From NCBI GenBank assembly GCA_035560235.1, contig DATMAG010000040.1, positions 1,461-65,460 of the forward strand: a DNA stretch of 64,000 nucleotides, read 5' to 3'. Numbering within the stretch: the first letter of the stretch is position 1; every line of letters begins with the position of its first letter. Both the position numbers and the translations under genes were made by a program. Under the pieces are notes generated by a model. The model was given only the letters and a program-made list of their open reading frames with translations. It did not search any database and was not told where the DNA came from. Of this stretch, positions 17,658 through 28,568 are shown piece after piece. The DNA comes from Blastocatellia bacterium (GTDB taxonomy: Bacteria > Acidobacteriota > Blastocatellia > RBC074).

Positions 17658-20600
17658 ATGCGTGCCTTGCTCCCTCCTGACGCGCTGCCGATTTCGGGAA
17701 CCCGCTTCCTTTCCGGCCTCTGCCTCGCGCTGCTGGCGGCGCTGCTGCTGGCGGCTCAGACCGGCGATCCGGCGCTGCCGCTGAAACAGATTGCGAAGGG
17801 CAGCGATCCTGAACAGGCAGCTTCATCAACACGCGCTCACTCCGACAGCAGCAGATGGCAACAGGCGTACAGCCGACTGCCGCTCAGTTTTGAAGCCAGT
17901 CACGGCCAGGCCGCAGCGCCGGTTAAGTTTCTCGCGCGCGGCGATGGTTACCGCATTTTTCTGACTGCAACCGAAGCCGTGCTGACGCTGCGCAACGCGG
18001 GCGGCGAACCCGCTACGCTCAGGCTCGGACTGAGCGGCGCGAACGCGAAGCCTGAAATCAGCGGGTGCGAGCAGTTGCCGGGCCGCAGCAGCTATTTCAT
18101 CGGCTCCGACCCGCAGCAGTGGCGCGCGGGGCTGCCGACTTACGCCAGAGTGAAATATGCCGCCGTTTATCCGGGCATTGATCTGGTCTGGTACGGGCGG
18201 CAGCGGCAGCTTGAGTATGACTTCATCGTTGCGCCCGGCGCTGATCCTGACGACATTCGCCTGACGATTGCCGGCGCTGAAGCGATCAGGCTGCGGCAGG
18301 GCGAACTGGCGCTGAAGGTCGCGGGCGGCGAACTGCTCCAGCATCAGCCACTGGCTTATCAGGAAACAGACGAAGGGCGGCAGATGGTCACAGCCCGCTA
18401 CGTCATAACCGCTGAAAATCAGATCGGCTTTGAACTCGGCGCTTACGACCGCAGCCTCCCGCTCGTCATTGACCCGGTGCTTTCGTATTCGAGTTTCCTG
18501 GGCGGCAGCGGCAGCGATCAGGCGACGAGCATCGCGGTTGACAACAACGGCAATGCCTTCATCACGGGCAGCACGTTTTCGACCGACTTTCCGACCGCTG
18601 CGCCACAGCAGGCCGCAGCAGCCGGACAGAGCGACATCTTTGTTCTGAAGCTCAACACGAATGCGGCGGGCAATGCTGCGCTCGTCTATTTGACCTTCAT
18701 CGGCGGACGCGAGGAGGATCGCGGCAACGGCATCGCCATTGATTCGAGCGGCAATGCCTATGTCACCGGCGCGACGACTTCGACAAACTTTCCGACAGTC
18801 GGCGCCGCGCAGGGCGCATTCGGCAGCAGCGCTGTTTTCAAGAGCACGAACGGCGGCGGCGCCTGGCAACCGGGCGGCAGCGGACTTGGAGCAGGCGTCG
18901 TCACGGCCCTGGCGATTGATCGCAACAATGCGTCAATCCTGTATGCCGCGACGGCTGGCAGCGGCGTCTTCAAATCAACCACCGGCGGCGGCGTGTGGAA
19001 TGCCGTCAATACCGGGCTGACCGGGACTGATGTGCGGGCGCTGGCGTTCGATCCGAACAACACTTCCATCATCTACGCCGCGACTGCCGCAGGGGTCTTC
19101 AAATCGGCCAATGGCGGCGGAGCGTGGAGCGCGATCAACGGCCCGCTCTCCGGCAATGGCAGCCTCGCCAGTCTGAACGTGCGCGCACTGGCGGTTGATC
19201 CTTCAAATCCGAATACGCTCTATGCGGGCACGACGACCGGTGTGTTCAAGTCAGTGAACGGTGGCGCAGCCTGGACTGCGGCCAGCAGCGGGCTGACGAG
19301 TTCGAACATCGTCGCGCTCGTCATCAATCCGGCGGCTTCGGCGACGCTTTACGCGGCGACCTCTGATGGCGGAGTGTTCAAATCCACCAGCAGCGGCGCG
19401 TCGTGGAGCGCGAGCAGCACGGGCCTGGGCGATCTGCACGTGCAGGCGCTGGCGATTGATCCTTCAAATCCGAATACGCTGTATGCGGGCACGCCCGGCG
19501 GCGTCTTCAAAACGGTGAACGGCGGGGCCAGCTGGAGCGCGAGCAGTACGGGGCTGACCAATCAGAATGTCCGCGCTCTGACCACAGATCCGGCAGCAGC
19601 AGCAACCTTGTACGCCGCCACCGCAGGCGGCATCTTCAAATCCACCGACAGCGGCGCGAACTGGAGCGCGAGCAACAACGGACAGACGAATACCGACATT
19701 CGCGCGCTCGCCGTCAATCCGACCGGCTCAGCGACGCTTTATGCCGGAGGCAGCGGCGCGAGCGATGCGGTGCTCATCAAACTTTCAGCCAATGGCTCGG
19801 CGCTGCTCTATTCAACCTTCCTCGGCGGCGGCGCGGGCGACCTGGGCAACAGCGTCGCGGTGGATGGTCAGAGCAAGGCTTATGTGACAGGCGTGACGGC
19901 TTCAGCCAATTTTCCGCTCGCAACGGCAATCAACAGCGCGCTCGGCGGCAGTTCCGATGCCTTTGTCGCCAGAGTTGACACGACGCTCACCGGCAGCGGC
20001 TCGCTCACGTTTTCAACTTATCTGGGCGGCAGCGCGAGCGATCAGGGCAACGGCATTGCGATTGATTCGAGCGGCAATGCTTACGTGACCGGCGCGACTA
20101 CTTCAGCGAATTTTCCGACAACTGACAGCGCCTTCAGCAGAACCTATGGCAACAACGCCGTCTTCAAAACCACAGACAGCGCGGCCAACTGGAATGCGAG
20201 CAGCAATCCGATTCCCGGCGACACGGTCAATGCGCTCATCATTGACCAGACGAATCCGGCGACGATCTTCGTCGGCAACGGCAATGGCGTCTTCAAAAGC
20301 ACTGATGGCGGCAGCACGTGGATGGCAAAGAATTCGGGTCTGGCCAGCACCGATGTGCGGGCGCTGACGATTGATCCATTCAACGGCTCGATCCTTTACG
20401 CGGGCACGACGGCAGGCGTCTTCAAGAGCTTCGATGGCGGCAACACGTGGCAGGCGGCGAGCAGCGGTCTGACGCGGCTTTCAGTGCGGGCGCTCGCGGT
20501 TGATCCGGTCAATACTTCGATCATCTATGCCGGGATCAGTTTCGGCGGGGTCTTCAAAAGCTCGAACGGCGGCAACACGTGGCAGCCTGCAAACAGCGGT

Positions 20601-22997
20601 CTGCCCGGCGCTGTCGGGCAGGCGGGCGACAGTCTGGCGAACGTGCTGGCGCTGGCGGTTGATCCGAAGACACCGGCGACGATTTACGCGAGCGTCAGCG
20701 ATGCGGGCGTCTTCAAATCAGTCAATGGCGGCGCCGCGTGGAGCGCGAGCAACGCGGGCCTCGGCAGTCTGAACGCGCAGGCGCTCGCCATCAATCCGAT
20801 GACTCCGGCGACGCTTTATGCGGGCACTGTCGCAGGTGTTTTCAAAAGCACGAACGGGGGCGCCGCGTGGAGCGCGAGCAATACAGGGCTGACCAGTCTC
20901 AGCGTTCTGGCGCTGGCGCTCGATCCGACGACACCTGACACGCTCTATGCCGGAACTGCCGCAGGCGTCTTCAAATCAGCCAGTGGCGGTGCGAACTGGA
21001 GCGCGAGCAGCAAGGGAATTTCCGCCAGCATCGTCAGCGCGCTGGCCGTCAATCCGGCGATGCCCGCGACTGTTTACGCTGGCAGCGGCAGCCCGGCTGG
21101 CGATGCCTTCGTGACGAAGCTGAGCAGTTCCGCGCTGCTCTATTCGAGTTTCATCGGCGGTGGCGATGGCGAAGCGGGGCTTGGCATCGCGGTCAGCAGC
21201 GCCGACACTGTGTTCATCACCGGCTTCAGTTCATCGCCCGGCTTCCCCGTTACTGCAAACGCCTTCGACACGTCGCACAACGGATCCAACGATGCGTTCG
21301 TGATGAAGCTCAACACTGCGGCGACGGGCGCGGCCTCAGTGGTCTATTCAACCTTCCTCGGCGGCAGCGCGAGCGATCAGGGCAACGGCATCGCAGTTGA
21401 AGCAGGTGACAATGTCATAATCACAGGAGTCACGGCCTCTGACAACTTCCCTGTCGTTACGGCCATCAACCCGGCGCTTAACGGCGCGACCGATGGATTC
21501 GTGGCGCGGCTCGATCCGGCGGCTGCGGGCGCAGCAGGCGTGATCTTCTCAAGTTTCCTCGGCGGCAGCAGCAGCGATGCGGGTCTCGGCATTGCGGTTG
21601 ACAGCGCCGGAACGGCTTACGTTGCGGGCGTGACAGCCTCGAACAACTTCCCTGTCGGCGCGGGCGCTTTTGACGGCGCGTGCGGCCAGAGCGGTGAATG
21701 TCCGGGCGCGGGCGATGCCTTCATTGCCAGGATCACGAATTCAGCCGACGTTGCCAATCTCTCAGTCACGAGAATGCTCACTTCGCCGTTTCGTCCCGGC
21801 CAGAACGGAAGTTACAAGCTGACCGTCACCAACGCCGGGCCGACTGTGGCCAGAGCGCCGCTGCGGGTAATCGAGACTCTGCCTGCAGGCCTCGGCTTCG
21901 TTTCAGCTGCGGGCGCAGGCTGGAACTGTGCGGCCTCAGGTCAGACCGTGACCTGCACGAATCAGAATTCGCTGACCGCTGGCGGCAGCACTGAAATCAA
22001 TTTCGTTGTCAGCATCAGTTCCTCGGCTGCATCGGGCCTCGAACCTTCGGCGGTCGTGACGAGCGCGACGAGCGATTCTGACGCGGCCAACAACAGAGCG
22101 GGCGGGCCGATCACGCTGAGCCTGCCGTGCAGCTTCGTGCTGACGGTTTCGGGCACTCAGTTCGTTGCGACCGGAGGTTCTGGCACGGTGCAGATTGCGG
22201 CGGCGAGCGACTGTGCGTGGCAGGCCGCCAGCAACAGCCCGTTCATCACGCTCGGCGCGACGACGAGCGGCAGCGGCAACGGAACAGTCAGTTTCACTCT
22301 GGCCGAAAACACCTCAAGCCTTTCGCGCACCGGGACGCTGACCGTCGCCGGTCAGACCGTGACCATCACGCAGGCAGGCGTACCGTGCAACTTCGTCATC
22401 GCGCCCGACCGGACTTCATTCACTTCAGCCGGTGGCACGGGGATGATTGAAATCACCGCGCCCGCAGGCTGCACGTGGCAGGCTGTGACCGACAATCCGG
22501 CGCTCATCAACCTCACCGGCAATCGCAGCGGGAACGGCAACGGGAAGATCAGCTTTCTGGTCAGCCCCAATGCGGCGGGCACGCTGCGCACCGGGACGAT
22601 CACGATTGCCGGACAGAAGATCACCATCATTCAGTCACAGACCGGCTGCGCTTTCGTCCTTGATCCGGGCAGCGCGACGTTCGGCGCGCGCGGCGGCGAC
22701 AGTTTTGTCTTTGTGACCGCGACGCTCGACACCTGTGAATGGACTGTGATGAGCAACGCCGGGTTCATCAATGTTCTCAGTGACCGCGATCAGAGCGGCA
22801 CTGTCTTTGTGATTTATGAGGTCGCGCCGAACACAGGCGCCGCAGCGCGCACCGGCACGCTGACGATTGCCGGAAAGACCTTCACCGTCACCCAGGCCGG
22901 AGCCTCGGCGAGCGTCAACCGCACATCATCAACGCGCTCTCTGGCAGTCCCGGCCAGGCCGCAGGTGCGCACCAAGGGGCCGCCGCGCCGCGAATGA
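17658..22997 (+). CDS. Giant secreted multi-repeat surface protein: conserved N-terminal domain, SBBP beta-propeller repeats interleaved with Asp-box (BNR) repeats, a DUF11 domain and three C-terminal BACON-like domains
   Basis: The start is at MRALLPP with RBS AAGGAGA and a signal peptide. SBBP repeats read SIAVDNNGNAFITGSTFSTDFPT and GIAIDSSGNAYVTGATTSTNFPT. Asp-box units read VFKSTNGGGAWQ and FKSTDGGSTW, about 20 copies. DUF11 reads LSVTRMLTSPFRPGQNGSYKLTVTNAGP. Three roughly 85-aa units follow the pattern C.FxL....G......GG.G.V.I.A...C.W.A.SN..FI.L......G.G.V.F.V..N.....RTGTLTIAGQ...VTQ. Confidence 0.85.
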   Translation: MRALLPPDALPISGTRFLSGLCLALLAALLLAAQTGDPALPLKQIAKGSDPEQAASSTRAHSDSSRWQQAYSRLPLSFEASHGQAAAPVKFLARGDGYRIFLTATEAVLTLRNAGGEPATLRLGLSGANAKPEISGCEQLPGRSSYFIGSDPQQWRAGLPTYARVKYAAVYPGIDLVWYGRQRQLEYDFIVAPGADPDDIRLTIAGAEAIRLRQGELALKVAGGELLQHQPLAYQETDEGRQMVTARYVITAENQIGFELGAYDRSLPLVIDPVLSYSSFLGGSGSDQATSIAVDNNGNAFITGSTFSTDFPTAAPQQAAAAGQSDIFVLKLNTNAAGNAALVYLTFIGGREEDRGNGIAIDSSGNAYVTGATTSTNFPTVGAAQGAFGSSAVFKSTNGGGAWQPGGSGLGAGVVTALAIDRNNASILYAATAGSGVFKSTTGGGVWNAVNTGLTGTDVRALAFDPNNTSIIYAATAAGVFKSANGGGAWSAINGPLSGNGSLASLNVRALAVDPSNPNTLYAGTTTGVFKSVNGGAAWTAASSGLTSSNIVALVINPAASATLYAATSDGGVFKSTSSGASWSASSTGLGDLHVQALAIDPSNPNTLYAGTPGGVFKTVNGGASWSASSTGLTNQNVRALTTDPAAAATLYAATAGGIFKSTDSGANWSASNNGQTNTDIRALAVNPTGSATLYAGGSGASDAVLIKLSANGSALLYSTFLGGGAGDLGNSVAVDGQSKAYVTGVTASANFPLATAINSALGGSSDAFVARVDTTLTGSGSLTFSTYLGGSASDQGNGIAIDSSGNAYVTGATTSANFPTTDSAFSRTYGNNAVFKTTDSAANWNASSNPIPGDTVNALIIDQTNPATIFVGNGNGVFKSTDGGSTWMAKNSGLASTDVRALTIDPFNGSILYAGTTAGVFKSFDGGNTWQAASSGLTRLSVRALAVDPVNTSIIYAGISFGGVFKSSNGGNTWQPANSGLPGAVGQAGDSLANVLALAVDPKTPATIYASVSDAGVFKSVNGGAAWSASNAGLGSLNAQALAINPMTPATLYAGTVAGVFKSTNGGAAWSASNTGLTSLSVLALALDPTTPDTLYAGTAAGVFKSASGGANWSASSKGISASIVSALAVNPAMPATVYAGSGSPAGDAFVTKLSSSALLYSSFIGGGDGEAGLGIAVSSADTVFITGFSSSPGFPVTANAFDTSHNGSNDAFVMKLNTAATGAASVVYSTFLGGSASDQGNGIAVEAGDNVIITGVTASDNFPVVTAINPALNGATDGFVARLDPAAAGAAGVIFSSFLGGSSSDAGLGIAVDSAGTAYVAGVTASNNFPVGAGAFDGACGQSGECPGAGDAFIARITNSADVANLSVTRMLTSPFRPGQNGSYKLTVTNAGPTVARAPLRVIETLPAGLGFVSAAGAGWNCAASGQTVTCTNQNSLTAGGSTEINFVVSISSSAASGLEPSAVVTSATSDSDAANNRAGGPITLSLPCSFVLTVSGTQFVATGGSGTVQIAAASDCAWQAASNSPFITLGATTSGSGNGTVSFTLAENTSSLSRTGTLTVAGQTVTITQAGVPCNFVIAPDRTSFTSAGGTGMIEITAPAGCTWQAVTDNPALINLTGNRSGNGNGKISFLVSPNAAGTLRTGTITIAGQKITIIQSQTGCAFVLDPGSATFGARGGDSFVFVTATLDTCEWTVMSNAGFINVLSDRDQSGTVFVIYEVAPNTGAAARTGTLTIAGKTFTVTQAGASASVNRTSSTRSLAVPARPQVRTKGPPRRE

Positions 22998-23130
22998 AAT
23001 GAGGAACCATCCGCTTTATTCGATTCGAGCTGAAACGCTCTTCATTCGTCATTATCAAATGCCGACCACAACCACAGAGAAAGGAGCAGCGGCCTGCTGC
23101 TGCCACAGCGATGCGGCAGTCGCATGCCCA

Positions 23131-24477
23131 ATGGTTATGATCAAAAGAACTCTGCTTACCCTGACCGTGATCTTTCTGCTCGCGCTGCTGGCCGCGCCGC
23201 CACTGCTGGCCCAGGAAACGCTCGGACGCCTGCGCGAGCGCAATCTTGAGAATGCCCGAAACCGCGAACGGCTGCGCCAGGTGATGTCACCGACAGCAGA
23301 CGTCGAACTGTTCCGCCGCGAACTGGCTGACTATCTGAAGGAAGTCGAGGAAGCCGTGCGCCCGGTGGTTGACAACAATCTGACGCGCGATGCGGTGGCG
23401 CGTTCGGGCCTCGACCCGCTCGGACAACTGGCCGAAGCGCAGAAGAGACTTCAGGAACTCTCGCCCGATGAGCTCTCGGCGCTGCGCTCCGGTTACGCGC
23501 GCAGCGCTGTCTGGCGCGAGATGCCGCGCGTCCTCGGCTCGGTCGTCAACGCTGAGACGCGCCAGCGCTGGATGGCTCAGAGCGCGGCCAGAGAACAGCG
23601 CAGCGTCAACGTCAAAAGCGGCATCCCCGACAACTGCAACGACGCCAAAAACGCCAACATCACGCTCACTGACCTGTCCATCGCCAAAGCCGCCGAAATC
23701 GCCGCTGATGCCGTGATGGAAGGCTTCCCGACCGACGGGTTGACGATTGCAGCGCGCATTGCGCCCATCGCGGTCAAGGCGGCGGCGGCAGGCGTTGTGC
23801 TGTCGCTTGAAACGCTCAACGGCATTCTCGACAACTGCCTCGGCGATGAATTCGAAGCCGGAGTCAATGCGAAACTCGACGACACCGTCACCTCACGCGC
23901 CTCGCAGACTTCGGTCAACGAAATCAAGGCCGGAGTGACGGCCCTGCAGGGCAGCGCCGATGAAACCAAAGCCATCGTCACGGCGATCAAGATGACGGTT
24001 GACGACAGGCTGGACGTGAAGGTGTCGAGCCGCGCCTCGCAGGCCAGCGTCAATACGCTGCAAACGACCGCGAACATCATCAACAACAAGGTTGATATTC
24101 TGACGAACAAGGTGGACGTGCTGACCGGCAAGGTGGACACGCTGACGGCAAAGCTCGACGCCTTCCAGGCGCAGACCGTGCGCTTCTTCATCGAAACCAA
24201 CCTGCTGCAGGAGCCGCGCTACAACCTGGCGCAGTTGCAGACGCCGCAGGCCCAGGGCGGGCTGCTCGAACAGGTGCGCGCCATCGCTGCCGATACGATT
24301 CAGAAGATGAAGAACGCCGGTCAGCCCGTCACACCGGGCAGTTCAGTTACCCTGGCTGAACAGGCGCTCGCTGTGGGCGATCAGTTCTTCAGGTCCGGCG
24401 CCTTCAAGGATGCCTATTCGTTCTATCGCCAGGCCTACCTGCACGTTTCAATTGTTCCCAACATCAAACTGCCGTAG
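23131..24477 (+). CDS. Secreted hypothetical protein with coiled-coil / short tandem repeats (NKVDxLTxKVD, SSRASQxSVN)
   Basis: A signal peptide, MVMIKRTLLTLTVIFLLALLAAPPLLAQE, starts at the internal ATG 23131. The longer track ORF from 22867 would overlap the upstream gene by 130 nt. Confidence 0.55.
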   Translation: MVMIKRTLLTLTVIFLLALLAAPPLLAQETLGRLRERNLENARNRERLRQVMSPTADVELFRRELADYLKEVEEAVRPVVDNNLTRDAVARSGLDPLGQLAEAQKRLQELSPDELSALRSGYARSAVWREMPRVLGSVVNAETRQRWMAQSAAREQRSVNVKSGIPDNCNDAKNANITLTDLSIAKAAEIAADAVMEGFPTDGLTIAARIAPIAVKAAAAGVVLSLETLNGILDNCLGDEFEAGVNAKLDDTVTSRASQTSVNEIKAGVTALQGSADETKAIVTAIKMTVDDRLDVKVSSRASQASVNTLQTTANIINNKVDILTNKVDVLTGKVDTLTAKLDAFQAQTVRFFIETNLLQEPRYNLAQLQTPQAQGGLLEQVRAIAADTIQKMKNAGQPVTPGSSVTLAEQALAVGDQFFRSGAFKDAYSFYRQAYLHVSIVPNIKLP

Positions 24478-24492
24478 GGGCAGTTCTTCACG

Positions 24493-24519
24493 GGACAGCA
24501 GTCGGCGTGACTGCTGTCC
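24493..24519 (+). terminator. Hairpin (11-bp stem ggacagcagtc/gactgctgtcc) just after the 23131-24477 gene stop; no T-tract
   Basis: A perfect inverted repeat with a 5-nt loop lies 16 nt after the TAG. Confidence 0.4.
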
Positions 24520-24575
24520 CGGCTGCTTTCTCACCTGCCCGACAACCCCGGAACACTGCCTGACACCCTGCCCGC

Positions 24576-24668
24576 GGAGAGACGGTGTTTGGAGTTCCAG
24601 CTTCAGCTGGCTGATCCGGATGGACAGAACAACCGGCTGAAGCCGGAACTCCGAACACCGTCTCCCTG
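24576..24668. repeat. Long imperfect inverted repeat (approx. 31-bp arms, 28-nt loop) in the lepA upstream intergenic region
   Basis: The left arm is gagagacggtgtttggagttccagcttcagc. The right arm is gctgaagccggaactccgaacaccgtctccc, matching the reverse complement at about 28 of 31 positions. Confidence 0.5.
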
Positions 24669-24904
24669 GACTGTCTGAGTCATTCAGTGTCTCATTGTCG
24701 TCTGCCCTGATTGTTCCCTGGAAGAAACAGGTTGCCTCCTCGTAGCAGGCATTCATTCGTTCTGCTTCCGGACTAAAGGCTTCAAAACCCGGCGCACGAA
24801 TGCCCGCTGCCTGCGCGCAAACGTGAATTGTAAATAACTGCCGCACGGGTTATTCTTTCCGCTACTTCAAACTGACCCTTCCCCGGCGCTGATAAAGTTC
24901 ACAG

Positions 24905-26712
<1,808 letters not shown>

Positions 26713-26716
<4 letters not shown>

Positions 26717-27396
26717 GCGAAGAGTTGTCAACCCGCATCATCCCGATCTTCCCGCTGCCGCTCGTGCAGTTTCCGGGCGCGGTGACGCCGCTGCATATTT
26801 TCGAGGAGCGTTACCGCAAGCTGCTGCGCGATGTGATGGTCACGGACAAGGTTTTCGGCATCACCTTTCTCAGCGAAGATGAAGCCACGGGTGAACCGCC
26901 CATCGGCAAGGTCGGCTGTACCGTCGAAGTCATCGCGCAGCAGACGATGCCTGACGGGCGCTCAAACATTCTCTGCACCGGCGGCACGCGCTACCGCACC
27001 GTGCGCCACATTCACGACGATCTTTATTTGCAGGCCGAAGTGGAACTGTTCAGCGACGAACCGGAAGGCAGCGAACTCGAACCGCTCGCTGAACGGGCCG
27101 CCCGCCTGTTTCAGCGCCTCATCGCCGCCGGCAAAAAGCTCAAGGACGCGAGCGCCGTCGAGGAGCAGGAAATCCCCGAACTGCCCGAAGACCCCGAATC
27201 ACTCTCCTTTCTGATCGCCGCCAGCCTGGACCTGTCGAACGAAGAGAAACAGGAGATGCTCGAAATGACGCTCACCAGCCTCAGACTCAAACGCCTCAAC
27301 GAACTGCTCGCCCGCCTCGCCGTTGATTACGAACGCCGCGCCCGCACCCACCAGATTTCCAAACATAACGGACACGGCGGGCCGGTCAGAATCTGA
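26713..27396 (+). CDS. Lon N-terminal (LON substrate-binding) domain protein
   Basis: [29 protein letters not shown] is typical of the Lon N domain (PF02190). The start overlaps the lepA stop (ATGA). Confidence 0.75.
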
Positions 27397-27415
27397 TTCA
27401 GGCTACAATAAGGAA

Positions 27416-27451
27416 GAGTGAAAGGCCGTTTCAGATTTCAGCCTTTCACTC
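27416..27451. terminator. Bidirectional hairpin terminator (11-bp stem gagtgaaaggc/gcctttcactc) between convergent genes
   Basis: A perfect inverted repeat with a 14-nt loop lies between the Lon-N gene (+) and the minus-strand ASPIC/TlpA gene end. Confidence 0.5.
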
Positions 27452-27467
27452 CTCGTTTGCCAGACTT

Positions 27468-28547
27468 TTACCTCCTGCCCGCCAGCGCTGCAAGCTCTTC
27501 GGCAGTCTGCTTTGACCAGCCGCCGAAGACTCTGGCAACTCTCCCCTTTTCATCAAGCAGCACTGAGAGCGGCACGGTCGCTTCGTCAGTGGCGAAAAGC
27601 TGACCGATGCCCTGCTCACCGACATTGATGATCGGATAAGTGAAACTGCGTTTGCTCAGATAATCCTTCACGACGCCGATGCCTTCGGTATCAATGCTGA
27701 GGCCGATGAGTGCGATGCCGTTTGCCTTCAGTTGCGGATAGAGGCGTTCGAGTTCCGGCATCTCCTTCGCGCACGGCACGCACCACGTTGCCCACACGTT
27801 GACGAGCGCCCGGTGGCCTTTGGGAATGAGCGAGGCAAACGGCACAGTGCTGCCGTCAGTCTTCGTCACCGTCAGCGCGGGGAACGGTTCACCTTTGCGC
27901 AGCTTCAGTGTTGCGAGCAGCCGCTCTTCGCGCGAAAGCGGTTCGGGCAGTTTTGATTTTGTTTCCTTCACAACAGTGAACTGCGCTTTGCCTTCCATCA
28001 CGCGCAGCGATGTGCCAGCCGCGACGTTTTCAAAGCGCTGCTTTTTGCCATCGGGCCAGGTCACTTCAATCCATTCGGCTTTCGTGTCCTTGCCGAGGCC
28101 GAAGAGCAGGCGCGGATCGTGCTGCGACATAAAGCCTGAACCGCCTGACTTGATTTTGGTCAGAATGCCTGCCGATGTTTTCACGCGCACGACTGCGCCA
28201 AAGGCATCACGCCCGCAATCGCCGCCTTCGAGCGCGACGCGAATGAAGTTGTTATCCTGACCAACGTTGTTTCTGAACAGCAGGTGCGACTGATTCTGAA
28301 TCGTCGTTACGAACACATCCAGGTCGCCGTCATTATCAAAGTCGGCAAAGACTCCGGCGCGACCGTCGGTGATTGAATCAATGCCTGAGACGCCTGAGAT
28401 GTCCACAAACTTTTTCGTGCCGAGATTGAGATAAAGCGGGTCGCGTTCATAACCGCTGAATGAAAAGCCCTTGCCAAGAAGTTCGTTCTGATCGGCGCGC
28501 AGCACGCCTTTGTCTTTCTTTCCACCGTTGCTGTTGTCCTGCGTCAC
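27468..28547 (-). CDS. C-terminal portion of CRTAC1/ASPIC-like protein: FG-GAP repeat, UnbV_ASPIC domain and TlpA/ResA-like thioredoxin domain (CxxC = WCVPC)
   Basis: The FG-GAP repeat is VFADFDNDGDLDVFVTT. UnbV_ASPIC is GAVVRVKTSAGILTKIKSGGSGFMSQHDPRLLFGLG. The thioredoxin site is VNVWATWCVPCAKEMPELE. It is in the same reading frame as the upstream 580-aa ORF and separated from it only by a TGA codon. Confidence 0.7.
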   Translation of the reverse strand: MTQDNSNGGKKDKGVLRADQNELLGKGFSFSGYERDPLYLNLGTKKFVDISGVSGIDSITDGRAGVFADFDNDGDLDVFVTTIQNQSHLLFRNNVGQDNNFIRVALEGGDCGRDAFGAVVRVKTSAGILTKIKSGGSGFMSQHDPRLLFGLGKDTKAEWIEVTWPDGKKQRFENVAAGTSLRVMEGKAQFTVVKETKSKLPEPLSREERLLATLKLRKGEPFPALTVTKTDGSTVPFASLIPKGHRALVNVWATWCVPCAKEMPELERLYPQLKANGIALIGLSIDTEGIGVVKDYLSKRSFTYPIINVGEQGIGQLFATDEATVPLSVLLDEKGRVARVFGGWSKQTAEELAALAGRR

Positions 28548-28568
28548 GACCTGACGCCAGAACTGACT

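Noticed and set aside
22867-23130. 88-aa N-terminal extension of the 536-aa ORF overlapping the end of the giant protein gene
   Set aside because: The extension is Arg/Pro-rich with no signal peptide. The internal ATG at 23131 gives a canonical signal peptide.
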